Shown here piece after piece: positions 1-11,356 of a stretch of 49,999 nt of DNA (positions within the stretch are counted from its first letter, which is position 1; each line of letters starts with the position of its first letter). A program made the translations under genes and the position numbers. The stretch is taken from contig NC_068982.1 in the NCBI RefSeq assembly GCF_001194135.2, positions 180,787,127 through 180,837,125 of the forward strand, read 5' to 3'. The DNA comes from Octopus bimaculoides. Its lineage: Eukaryota. A model generated the notes under the pieces. The model saw only the letters and a list, made by a program, of their open reading frames with translations, made no database searches and was not told where the DNA came from.

Positions 1-54
1 TATATATATATGCATATATATTTTACGCATACAGTTATGCATGTGTATACATTA

Positions 55-135
55 GCGCAATGCCCAGGGCTTAGGGCAGCGGACTGGCGGTCATAGGATC
101 GCAGTTTCGATTCCCAGACCGGGCGCCGTGAGTGT
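55..135 (+). mobile_element. 5' head of tRNA-derived SINE (family B), 3'-truncated
   Basis: gcgcaatgcccagggcttagggcagcggactggcggtcataggatcgcagtttcgattcccagaccgggcg has box A/box B-like motifs and closely matches the reverse complement of the head of the SINE ending at 5903. Confidence 0.85.
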
Positions 136-140
136 CTAGT

Positions 141-835
141 CTTCTTTAATCATTTCGCCACTGGAGAAGATTGGAAGAAGTCTTTTTTGCAATATGGACA
201 CATTTATCTGAGTTTATGTTTTCCTCAAACTCCACCAGCTCTGATCAACAATTGCTCCCAATTGCTTCCAAGACCATCACAGAATAGCTGCCGTGTTTCA
301 TTGTTGGCTGCACTCTTTTCACCTCGAATTCTTGATTACAGAGTCTCCAGACCCATACTCGACCACTGTCAGGAAATACAGCAAATCTGGATTCAGCAGA
401 GAATATGACTGTATCCCAAAATACTAGTGGCCCATCCACCATCTCAATGGCCCAATATTTTCTCTGCTTCATGTGGACTGGTCGAAGAAGTGGCTTCCGT
501 CTTGCTGCTCTGGCATAATAACCAAATTTGTGGAAATATCTGACAGCTGTTCTGGGACTGACATCGACTCGGTCTGCTATGTCAGGATTCTTGCAACGAG
601 GATTATCCTCCATATTTCTTTTAGCAAAGAGAAGCAGAAAGCCCTGGTTGATCTGGACGAGGTGATGTAGACTTCTTCCCCTCTCTGGTAAATTACGCAT
701 TAAGTCTATTAACTGTAGAATGCAGGATTCCAAGGTTTTTTACGATCTTGCGCTGACTATATCCACTTCAGAATGACCCACAATAAAGCCTCTTTGAAAG
801 TCAGACAGATCCAAGGCTTCTTTTGAACTTGGCAC
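141..835 (-). mobile_element. Tc1-family transposase pseudogene (HTH + start of DDE domain)
   Basis: ORF 245..733 contains [21 protein letters not shown] (first catalytic D changed to A) and GRVWVWR. Frameshifted upstream part reads (M)PSSKEALDLSDFQRGFIVG; frameshifted downstream part reads SELVEFEENINSDK. Confidence 0.9.
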
Positions 836-2979
836 GATTAAACAGTCACATATATATACATACTCATCGATCGATCCATCTATACATACACTCACACACA
901 CATATCGTCACACTCACACTTGCGCACGCACACACTCAATCGCACTCGCACTGGCACACACAGACACACACACACACACATACACACACACACATACACA
1001 CACACACACACACATATATANNNNNNNNNNACACACACACACACACATATATATTCATGCATGCCCATATAAACAGTTTTAGGCATATTGTTGTTAAAGC
1101 AATGTACGAACCTATCGTTCCGAAGGATCTCCCAACAATAAATATAGAGACAATCCCAGTTATTGAATACATAGAAGCATGTGGTGGCTGTCGATTCGTT
1201 ATTGAGTGCACCAATCATTTGCTCTTCTTTCCTCTTCTATTTTCATATGTATAGTATCTGCCGCTGATAGACTTTCACTTTGACGATGACGTTATGGAAA
1301 GACGAATACTCACACCCTACACAACGTAAAGTCCTCAATGGAGGATGTAGCGTCATTATTGCTCCCACGCATACTACACACTTTGCGTATATGTAGGATG
1401 TTGCCATGAGTGAGTATGATATAGAACGAGTGGCATTTCATTGTCACAGAAGAAAACGATATTCTATTACGCAAACGATAACTCCGCCTCCGTTTCTCGT
1501 TTCTTAATTTGGGCTGCAAAAGTGAGGCACTAAGGTGATAACGCATCAAATAAACAAACGCCTCTGTGGTACGAGAGTCGTTGTCTGAACAGTTAAAATA
1601 TTTCAGCTGGCAAGGCAGAATAAATAAATAACGAATAACCTCCCACTCACCCAAGGTTCCAGTAAGAGTATTCTTCTTACATGTGCATCTATATACACAT
1701 GTAAATATACATATAATTGTGTCTGAACATATACACATTACTAACACACATTTGGCTCACTTAAGTTCATTCATTATTTATCATGCTTTGTGTTTGTATG
1801 CCTCTAAGTCTTCGAAACTTATTGTTCCCTCCTAGCTGGTTGAGAGGGTTCGGCAATTTATTCGGTAATTACCCGATTAAATCACATAATGTACTAGGTT
1901 AAACTTTACTACTAGTGCCCACGAGTTACTTAGCAAAGAAAATGCATACGTACCAAAAAATACACACATACATACATACATACATACATCCTTAATGCAT
2001 ATATACATTCATTGATATATAGAAGAATACGTACATGGAATGAAAACAAGAGTTTAATCAGGATGTATCACGGTTAAATGCAATCAAAAAAGAATACCCT
2101 ACCAGCAACTGCAGTTGAACAGACTTACAATTAACTTTGAAACTTTTCCGACAGCTATGTGAAATTTGTGTCATGGCAATGCACCAGGAAGAAATAAAAT
2201 ATTTGGCTCCTGGCACTAGATGCTGACGTTCTTCAGTAAATCGCTAATATGTATATGTAAAAGAACTATGAGAGGTCAGACATGGCACAGTGACCTTTTA
2301 TTTATTTATTTTTTTTTTTACCACAGTAGCTAAGAAAGTCTTGTAGCTAAGAATGAAACATTTCCTTGGCAGACTTTTTTTTATTTTCTTGTCTGAAATT
2401 TCGCACTATCTTCTCGAAAGTCTTTTCTAAGATATCTACCTAGACAAATTACATGTTCAACAAGATAGTGCATGTTTAACAGACGAAATGGAAAGTTAGG
2501 TGCATTTAAACAACTTTTATCAAAATGCAATCTGAAGTGAGAAACCACGGGACGGTTAGTTTGATTATGGAAAAAAAGTAGATTTAATTCTCATTCATAA
2601 ATGTTAAAGTGACTGTACCCGATACGATTAAATACTAAACTGAAACGCTCACAAAGTGCTGGCCCACAAAGAGTAGATGTATTTTTTCCGATTTTATCTA
2701 TCTCATGGGCAATTTTCGAAAGTCAGCCTCTATTTTCGTTTTCTTTTTGTTGTTTTTGCATTAAATTCTGTCATTGTTTATCAAACAAAAGTTCATTTGT
2801 TTTGTGTTTGGTGTTACAATAGCAACATAAATTGATGAAGTTAATTATTTCTTTTTCACTGGTCTAAAGGCATATACTAGGAATATAGGATGGCTGACAA
2901 AATCTAGGTTTACTGATAGCATGTTCAAATAACACAAGGATGTTATTTAATTTTCACTTGGATGATATTTTAGATCTTT

Positions 2980-3176
2980 TTTCTTCGGCATAAGGTGAGC
3001 TACAATTACAGACACCCCAGTATTTAACTGTGGTGTCTGGTAGTTATTTTATCGATCCCGAAATGAGAAAAGGCAAAGTTGACCTCAGAAGGATTTTAAC
3101 TAAGGACGTAAAGCGGAAGAAATATAGCTGAGCATTTTTCCGATGCAGTAACGATTTTGCAAGCTCGCCGCCTTAA
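2980..3176 (-). mobile_element. tRNA-derived SINE family A, degenerate
   Basis: Reverse complement begins ttaaggcggcgagcttgc and contains gaggtcaactttgccttttctcatttcgggatcgataaaataactaccag, matching the 3521 copy. Confidence 0.85.
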
Positions 3177-3187
3177 ACATGCTGATA

Positions 3188-3316
3188 GTATTGTTTCAAA
3201 TTTTAGCATAAGGCCAGCAAGTTCATAGAGGGTGTAAGTTACATCCAGACTGTGTTTAACTGGTGCTTATTTTATCAACTCCAAAATGATGAAAGGCAAA
3301 GTCGGCTTCGTCGGAA
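3188..3316 (-). mobile_element. 5'-truncated SINE family A with TSD
   Basis: Carries the central domain (ttattttatcaactccaaaatgatgaaaggcaaagtcg). Flanked by the direct repeat ttaaacatgctgata at 3173-3187 and 3317-3331. Confidence 0.8.
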
Positions 3317-3520
3317 TTAAACATGCTGATAATATCAAATAGTTCTTGGACACTCGACAGCTACATCACGGTACATTTCATTGGCTAACCTTTTGTAGTG
3401 TCAGGTAAGTTTATTATAGCAAATCTTTCTTGAAAAAAGAAACAATAGCGAGTGTGTGAAGCCGTTAATCATCCAATATGTATCGGAAAAGGAGACGTTA
3501 ATCAATCAATATGTTTCCGA

Positions 3521-3751
3521 TTAAGGCGGTAAGCTGAAAGAAACGTTAGCACGCCGGGCGAAGTGCTGAGCGGTATTTCTTCTGCGGTTACGTTTTGAGT
3601 TCAAATTCCGCCGAGGTCGACTTTGCTTTTCATCCTTTCGGGCTCGATTAAATAAGTACCTGTTACGCACTGGGGTCGATCTAATCGATTTAATCCCTTT
3701 GTCCTTGTTTGTCCCATCTATGTTTAGACCTCTGTGGGCAACAAAGAAATA
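3521..3751 (+). mobile_element. tRNA-derived SINE family A, full length
   Basis: Head ggcggtaagctg, box B gagttcaaattc, central domain gtcgactttgcttttcatcctttcgggctcgattaaataagtacc. TSD aatatgt(t/a)tccga at 3508-3520 and 3752-3764. Confidence 0.92.
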
Positions 3752-4261
3752 AATATGTATCCGAAAATTTCGACTGTACATTTTTGTGGAAGGAAACCAG
3801 CTAGTTAGAATATCATTATATTACAGTCTCTGAAACAATATATAATGTCCTTTCTACGAATGACTGTTCTTGAATAAAAACAGGAAATGCAGATAATATC
3901 GTTTACAGATACAGGTGTCAATACAACAAAAGTCGGCAGATCATTCCCATCAAAATTTTCCATCAAAATTTCAAACATCAGCCCTCATATAGTTGTTTGG
4001 GGCAGAAATTATGCTTAAACATAATGACCCGTTGTCCTGTCCTGCTGATATGAGACTTTACTTGAAATCAGTGGGAAGTAGAATATTTGTGGATAACTGT
4101 TTCGGAATCTTCAGCTTCATCAAGATTATAAAGTTATATTTGCATCTATAATAATTGGTGAACTTGTTTATGTTGCATCATGTGTACCTTACAACCAGCA
4201 AACATGCGGTGGTTTCAGAAAATAGAATCTGCAAACGGAACAGACAGCCTCACCTAAAATG

Positions 4262-4740
4262 AAAACACACATTCATGTACACATCTACGCACGCACACAC
4301 GCACGCACGCACACACACACACATACGCACACACACACACACACACACAATTTCAGGCACACACATTCACGTACACATCTACGCACGCACACACGCACGC
4401 ACGCACACACACACACACATNNNNNNNNNNNNNNNNNNNNNNNNNNNNNNNNNNNNNNNNNNNNNNNNNNNNNNNNNNNNNNNNNNNNNNNNNNNNNNNN
4501 NNNNNNNNNNNNNNNNNNNNNNNNNNNNNNNNNNNNNNNNNNNNNNNNNNNNNNNNNNNNNNNNNNNNNNNNNNNNNNNNNNNNNNNNNNNNNNNNNNNN
4601 NNNNNNNNNNNNNNNNNNNNNNNNNNNNNNNNNNNNNGTACACATCTACGCACGCACACACGCACGCACGCACACACACACACACACACGTACACACACA
4701 CACACATACACACACACACATACACACACACACACAAACA
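4262..4740. repeat. CA/CGCA-based higher-order minisatellite spanning a gap
   Basis: gtacacatctacgcacgcacacacgcacgcacgcacacacaca occurs three times (~4276, ~4371, ~4638). Confidence 0.8.
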
Positions 4741-4987
4741 TGGGCATATACAGTCATCCACACAAACATACACACACATACACATACAAATAATTGGATT
4801 TCAGTCCAGGTTTTTGTAAGTTTGATTCGTTTTGGGGATAAATTAACGATAACATGTCTGTGAAACACTGAGTCACTTACCCATTCATTTAACACATTCG
4901 ATATCCAAATGATGGAACAACTGAATCAACATATGCACACGTGAACAGTCGACAATTAATACTGATTAAAAAATAGATGGATCTACC

Positions 4988-6084
4988 GAGGGCCGGATTA
5001 AGACCTATCGAGACATCAAGCACTTAAAAGATTTTGGTTCCCCCATAAAAGATTATGTAATTCAAACTATAAACAATAAGAAACCATAAAATAAATATTT
5101 ATTTTTCAAAACGAAACAAAACAGTAAGAGGGAAAATAATGTTTATTTTTCATACTTCCACTTTATTTATATTGGAAAAGTTTCTTACTTTTTTCAATTG
5201 CAAAGTCTTTGATCAGATCCTCAAAATTAATCTTAGGTCTTCTTCTTCTTGGCACTCCGTCGTTTACGACGTCGATGGTTCCAGTTGATCCGATCAACAG
5301 AACAGCCTGCTCGTGAAATTAACGTGCAAGTGGTTGAGCACTCCACAGACACGTGTACCCTTAACGTAGTTCTCGAGGATATTCAGCGTGACACATTGTG
5401 ACAAGGCTGACCCTTTGAATTACAGGTACAACAAAAACAGGAAGTAAGAGTGAGAGAAAGTTGTGGTGAAAGAGTACAGCAGGGTTCGCCACCTTCTCCT
5501 GCCGGAGCCTCGTGGAGCTTTAGGTGTTTTCGCTCAATAAACACTCACAACGCCCGGTCTGGGAATCGNNNNNNNNNNACAGCCTGCTCGTGAAATTAAC
5601 GTGCAAGTGGTTGAGCACTCCACAGACACGTGTACCCTTAACGTAGTTCTCGAGGATATTCAGCGTGACACATTGTGACAAGGCTGACCCTTTGAATTAC
5701 AGGTACAACAAAAACAGGAAGTAAGAGTGAGAGAAAGTTGTGGTGAAAGAGTACAGCAGGGTTCGCCACCTTCTCCTGCCGGAGCCTCGTGGAGCTTTAG
5801 GTGTTTTCGCTCAATAAACACTCACAACGCCCGGTCTGGGAATCGAAACCGCGATCCTATGACCGCGATTTCGCTGCCCTAACGACTGGGCTATTGCGCC
5901 TCCTAATCTTAGGTAACACATCTGCATTCATACTTAGTAAAGATAATGCCATCCTAAATATTATTTTAGCAAGTTTAAATTGATTTCATTTGTGTCGTAA
6001 ACCATTTACCATTTCTGTGGGGTCCCTCCTTCCCTTGTTGCCCTAAGCACGTGCTTATTTTGCTTAATTGTTAATCCAGCGCTG
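4988..6084 (-). mobile_element. Non-autonomous hAT DNA transposon retaining the transposase C-terminus
   Basis: Imperfect TIRs gagggccggattaa / ttaatccagcgctg with a perfect 8-bp TSD gatctacc (4980-4987, 6085-6092). After removing the SINE, the minus strand reads MALSLLSMNADVLPKINFEDLIKDFAIEKSKK, like a hAT C-terminal dimerisation region. Confidence 0.88.
5239..5903 (-). mobile_element. tRNA-derived SINE family B (about 390 bp once the gap-flanking duplication is removed)
   Basis: Head ggcgcaatagcccagtcgttagggcagc...gtttcgattccc, 3' (AAG)n tail, 11-bp TSD taatcttaggt (5228-5238, 5904-5914). Segment 5302-5568 is repeated at 5579-5845 across a 10-N gap. Confidence 0.92.
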
Positions 6085-6430
6085 GATCTACCAACTTTCT
6101 GCCATATGTTTGAACAATGTTAAATTGCTTGCATATGCATGTAAAACTGCACATATTTATATATTATGCAAAAGCAACTCATATAAACATTAATTGTTTC
6201 TCTTAAACATGTCATAAGCAATGTATTCCATTACACTCCTGTCAAAATATCATCCCTATTCATTAGTCACTTCACACTGTAGTTTATTCAAGAAGGAATA
6301 TGATATTAACGCTACATCTCACTGTCCGCAAAACCTGGTTTCATCTCACAGGCACGTACGTTATTCTGAAGGAAACGACTCGTGGGAGGTGGATCGTGGA
6401 CATCATCTAAAAACTAGACTCATGACCTAA

Positions 6431-6690
6431 ATGGAGGCGTGGTAGGGCGATTAATTAATTTATAACATTCATCGTAGCTAGGTTATACATAGGGTGTTTT
6501 ACATAAGGGTATGCAGAAAATAATAATGATAATGATAATGATAATGATGTTGATAATGATGTTGATAATGATAATGATACTGATGATAATGATATTGACT
6601 ATGTTGATAATAATGATAAAGGTGATGTTGATGATGATAGTTATAATGACGATGATAATGATTATGATGTTGATGATGATGATGAGGTGG
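6431..6690. repeat. Unclassified ~100-bp repeat plus (ATAATG/ATG)n tail, copy 1
   Basis: atggaggcgtggtagggcgat...ttcatcgtagctaggttatacatagggtg...gtatgcag followed by the ATG-type microsatellite; second copy at 8592. Confidence 0.75.
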
Positions 6691-7661
6691 GGGATAGTTT
6701 TGACAATAAACCAATAAATAATAGAACCTGTACGTTTTACACTGTGCTACTAGAAATAGCAGCAAATTATACCTGGAATCACATTACTTTTTCCTACAGG
6801 AAATTACACGGTATTCCACCGAAATGAGAGTTATTGTGGATGACAGCTTCTAACAAGATATTATTCCATATTTTCAAGGAATGCATCACAACTAAGTTTA
6901 TCTCATGCATCAAACACAGTTTCGGAGATTATTTGCATCGTTTTTAGAATATATTCCGAAAAAAAGTAGGAAAAAAAAAACAAACAAAAACAAACTTTGA
7001 AATTGATGTACAGGTGCGGAATAATTCGGTTCCTTTCAAGATGGAACGAAGACAAAATACGTAATAATTCGTTTTTGTAACCAATTACTAAAAATATCTC
7101 TTGGCAATGTATTAGTTTTGAGGAATTCAGTAAAGATTAAGATAAATAAACAAATATATAGTACTTCTTAAATTTTCGAGTTTATTTTACAGAAGATGGG
7201 AAATAAAAATAATTGAAGAAAAAAGGAAACATAGAGAAAATTTCTTTCTAAATCGATTTGGCGAACATACATTTCTTCGTGAATCATATGCATTTTTCCT
7301 CTGTCTGCACATACCTACTACTTGGTCCAGACGTAATGTAATTAGAAGCTGTAATTATGTATTTTGGGATTAAGAAAAAGGTACCTTGCCCCTGAATATT
7401 CAGCGCATGCGTCATTCAAACATATATACAAATCACAGGCACAATTATATTCTAAATTCTGTGTAATGTATGTAGGTATATGTTTAGTAACTTTCTGTTT
7501 CTATTATCATCGTGAAACTAGCATCCGTTTGGAATTTCTTTTCGTATATTTACATTGTAGTGCAATCTATTGTCAAATCTTGCAAGTTATCATTACCGGA
7601 AAATAAATGTAAACGTATATACAATATCCTACATGTCAAATTATGTAAACATCTATTCACA

Positions 7662-7810
<149 letters not shown>

Positions 7811-8231
7811 TACATAAAATTCAACACAGGGAATATATGTAACACGTTCCAATATATTCTTCAACTAAGTACAAACATAACAAACCAAATATTGTTGTTT
7901 GAGACTGCAAAGCAATGTATGTAGTGTCATAGAGTTGAGATGCTGATGTAAATATCTCTTCGAACATAAAAGAGAGAAAGGATGCCTACGGGCAACTGCT
8001 TCGAAAAATTCAGTTTATAACAATAATATTTGGTTCACTTGGTGCTTGCGCGTTCATGCCAAAGTGACAATCTGATAAGGCTGGGACTTACATACAAAAA
8101 ACAAACTTAACACTTCCATTACAAACACAGTTAGTTAATGGAACTCTAAAATGTTTCGTTCTTTTTATCTATATCAGTGATGGAGTTTTCTTTCTGCCAT
8201 CTCGTTACACCTATAACTATATCTCTACCAA

Positions 8232-8296
<65 letters not shown>

Positions 8297-8300
8297 GTCT
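8232..8300. repeat. (TCTA)n microsatellite
   Basis: Directly visible; similar arrays at ~16253-16317, ~17696-17765 and ~26301-26350. Confidence 0.95.
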
Positions 8301-8591
8301 ATTTGTATATTCACACATGCATATATACATACACAGACACTCACACACACACATACACATACGCGCTCACAACTACCCCCCCCCACACGTATATAAAACA
8401 AAACTATTACAAGTACAGCATTAGTGAGAAAGCTACAAACAAATAGGACCCGTTATCAGAACCAGATTTATTTACTGATATGTATACAAAATCTTTTGAC
8501 AATATGTAGACATACATACATACATACAAACATACAAACATACATGCATACGTACTAACATGCATACATACATACATACATACATACATAC

Positions 8592-8750
8592 ATGGAGGCG
8601 TGGTGGGCGATTGATAATTAATTCATAAACTTCATCGTAGCTAGGTTTTACATAGGGTGTTATACATAGGGGTATGCAGATAATAATAATGATTATGATG
8701 ATGTTGATGATAATTATAACTGATAATGATATTGATTATGTTGATAATAG
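8592..8750. repeat. Unclassified ~100-bp repeat plus ATG-rich tail, copy 2
   Basis: atggaggcgtggtgggcgat...ttcatcgtagctaggttttacatagggtg...gtatgcagataataataatg is homologous to 6431. Confidence 0.75.
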
Positions 8751-8844
8751 ATAAATACATATCTATTATACATACACATATACATACATACACACATACA
8801 TACNNNNNNNNNNTATATATATATAGTCTATCCAAGGAAAAAAA

Positions 8845-9100
8845 CAACAGAGCGAGGACGTGGAATAAGTACAGTGTTATTGGACGCTCAGGAAAGAAAA
8901 GAAAAGAAAGAGGATTTGACGTTTCGAGCGGAGCTCTTCATCAGAAATATAGAAAAAGTCCAAAGAAGGAAAGACGGAGAAAGAAAATCGCCAACGACAC
9001 ACACGCGGTCACATATTGAGAGGGTGTGAGTGTCGGTGTAGGTGTCATTGATGGCGACAAAAAGAGAAAAGTGGAAGTAGAAAGAAGAAAGTTAGAAGAA
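8845..9100 (-). mobile_element. Probable Penelope-like pseudo-LTR fragment carrying a hammerhead motif
   Basis: Contains the HHR at 8914-8948. The flank ttggacgctcaggaaag resembles tttgacggtcaggaaag beside the HHR-like motif at 31915. Boundaries are approximate. Confidence 0.6.
8914..8948 (-). ncRNA. Minimal type-I hammerhead ribozyme motif, intact core
   Basis: Minus strand AUUU-CUGAUGA-A-GAGC-UCC-GCUC-GAAA-CGUC-AAAU: 4-bp stem I, 4-bp stem II, palindromic ACGU stem III, GUC cleavage triplet. Confidence 0.8.
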
Positions 9101-9440
9101 GGACGAGAAAAAGTGGAAGAGTCACGGACAAATTATGATGAATTCCAATCAAGGTTAGAGTGGCGTAATCCGAATGAACAAGAACAGTAACCCAAGAATT
9201 GGTATCTCCAAAGTCAGTCAGAAGGCCGGAGTTCCTGTGAGCGTGGATGATCAACCAAGGAAACATGAACAAGCAAGGAAAAAGCAACAACGCGAGGACA
9301 CCAAATGAAAGATAAAAGATGGAATATACGAGAATTTCTCATTAATCACGACAATTGTTTCGACACATCTAGCATCGATACCTCTATGGTGGGACACTCA
9401 ACAATTGCTTCAGGATCATCTGGTGTAAGCCATTCGTTGT

Positions 9441-9445
<5 letters not shown>

Positions 9446-9479
<34 letters not shown>

Positions 9480-9496
9480 TTATCTCTTTCTCTCTT

Positions 9497-9529
<33 letters not shown>

Positions 9530-9657
9530 TTCTCTCTTTCTCTCTCTCTCTCTGTCTTTCTCTCTTTCTCTCTTTCTCTCTTTCTCTGTCTCTCTCTGTC
9601 TCTCTCTTTCTCTCTCTCTTTCTGTCTCTCTCTCTCTTTCTGTCTCTCTTTCCCCCC

Positions 9658-9689
<32 letters not shown>

Positions 9690-9730
9690 GCATGTGTGTG
9701 TGTGTGTGCATGTACATGAGAGAGAGATAG
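9446..9730. repeat. (CT)n-rich compound microsatellite followed by (TA)n(TG)n
   Basis: Directly visible. Confidence 0.95.
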
Positions 9731-9838
9731 ATAGCTAGACATGTATATATATAAATATATATATATGTATATGTAAAAAAGTTAGATAGCTAGACATGTA
9801 TATATATAAATATATATATATGTATATGTAAAAAAGTT
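9729..9838. repeat. 55-bp tandem duplication
   Basis: agatagctagacatgtatatatataaatatatatatatgtatatgtaaaaaagtt occurs at 9729-9783 and 9784-9838. Confidence 0.9.
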
Positions 9839-10104
9839 GCTGCCCTTTCTCTCATCCCCGCCTTATGCCGCAAACTTATATAAAGTACGTCTCCATATGG
9901 TATAACGGGAAAAGACTGTCTTCATCTTAACCCCAAATACGGAGTTCATGGCCGTGACACTAAATATCGATGCACAAAAAGCAATAAGCGGGTTTTCATC
10001 CATCGAAAATTGTGCGGGAATGCTGTATCTCAAAGAATTTACCTGAACTTTCAATGTAGCTACCACCGTCCGAATCACGGAAAAGGAATAAAAAATAAAC
10101 AGCA

Positions 10105-10250
10105 ACAATCTCCATGATGGTAGCGTCGGTATCTATTTGAACGGAAGCCGTTTGCTTGAGATTGCCTCTCACAAAAGTTGCTTTAGCACACTTATCAAAG
10201 CCAAAACCCATCTCTTTGTCATTGCCGAACCCTTTAACAGTTACTAACAG
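10105..10250 (-). mobile_element. R4/Dong-type (RLE) LINE reverse transcriptase fragment
   Basis: TVKGFGNDKEMGFGFDKCAKATFVRGNL matches the FGLDKCAK-type RT motif of this clade; homologous KCAKAT peptide at ~41840. Abuts the ATG/AAT array. Confidence 0.75.
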
Positions 10251-10255
10251 CCCTT

Positions 10256-10257
<2 letters not shown>

Positions 10258-10348
<91 letters not shown>
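10258..10348. repeat. (CAT)n(ATT)n array
   Basis: Directly visible; a second (ATT)n array lies at 10450-10580. Confidence 0.95.
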
Positions 10349-10447
10349 GTTCAGTAGTTTTATTTTTATAACGTGCTCTGTGCGCCTTGGGTATGTGCTG
10401 TGGTTTGCTGTGGTGCTCTTATGGTTACTGTATTGAAAGGGTTTTGC

Positions 10448-10449
<2 letters not shown>
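10349..10449 (-). mobile_element. Extreme 3' end (ORF stop plus 3' UTR) of an R4/Dong-type LINE inside an (AAT)n array
   Basis: Minus strand reads RKTLSIQ* (resembling the ILRKxL C-terminus of RLE LINEs), then ~80 nt of UTR ending in aataataat. Both sides are pure AAT repeats. Confidence 0.6.
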
Positions 10450-10493
<44 letters not shown>

Positions 10494-10516
10494 CATTATT
10501 ATTATTATTATTATTA

Positions 10517-10581
<65 letters not shown>

Positions 10582-10590
10582 TGTGAATTT

Positions 10591-10879
10591 TTGTGAATTC
10601 GATACCCGGACCGGGCTATGTGTGGTGTTCTGAAACAAGACACTTTATTTCACATTGCTCCAGTTCACCCAGCGTCAGACGAGGTACGACGCCACAGGTG
10701 TCAAGCTGAATCGGCTTTTACCTTTTCCTTGGATAACAACGGTTGCGTGGAGAGGGGAGGCTGGTATGCATGGGCGACTTCTTGTCTTACGTAAACAACC
10801 TCGCCCGGACTTGTGCCTCGCAGAGAACGTTTCTGGGTACAATCCCGTTGTCATGGATGATCGAAGGGGTTCTTTACCC
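10591..10879 (+). mobile_element. SINE family C, 5'-truncated
   Basis: Box B-like gaattcgatacc, then caagacactttatttcacattgctccagttcac and ggctggtatgcatgggcgact, shared with the copy at 37450. Confidence 0.8.
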
Positions 10880-10895
10880 ATACCCATATACGTGT

Positions 10896-10928
<33 letters not shown>

Positions 10929-11029
10929 AACACAGCGATATATACATGCATTCATAAACGTACAGATATGTATGTTGATGTATGTATTCATTCATGTACA
11001 TTCTTTCCTTTTTTATTCTTTTACTTGTT

Positions 11030-11356
11030 TCAGTCATTTGATTGCGACCATGCTGGAGCACTACCTTTTAGTCGAAGGAATCAACCCCAGGACTTATTCT
11101 TTGTAATCCAGGTACTTACACTATCGGTCTCTATGCCGAACCGCTAAGACATGGGGACGTAATCACACCATATCGGTTGTCAAACGGTGAGTGGGAGAGA
11201 CAAACACATACACAAAAAGCACACACATAAATACACACACAGACACGCATATAAGACGGGCTTCTTTTCCGTTTCTACCTACCAAATCCACTCACAAGGA
11301 TTTGGTCGGCCCGAGGCTAGAGTAGAAAATATTTGCTGAAAGTGCCACAGAGTGAC
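11030..11356 (-). mobile_element. SINE family D (CORE-like), head truncated
   Basis: Reverse complement has tctagcctcgggccgaccaaatccttgtgagtggatttggtag...aagcccgtc...ttgacaaccg...gcggttcggcatagagaccgatag...gctccagcatgg, homologous to 20665-21190. Confidence 0.85.

Noticed and set aside
1080-1750. Non-repetitive ORFs and minus-strand GTGAGT donor-like sites
   Set aside because: No consistent acceptor-donor pair with an open frame, and no recognisable protein.
4091-4124. Minus-strand UUGAUGAAG...CCGAAACAGUU, hammerhead-like
   Set aside because: C3 is missing and stems I and II do not pair convincingly; at best a decayed relic.
6499-6765. His/Tyr-rich and Met/Ile-rich ORFs, and similar HT/CV/YI/SL-repeat or X-filled ORFs throughout the window
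   Set aside because: Translations of microsatellites or N gaps.
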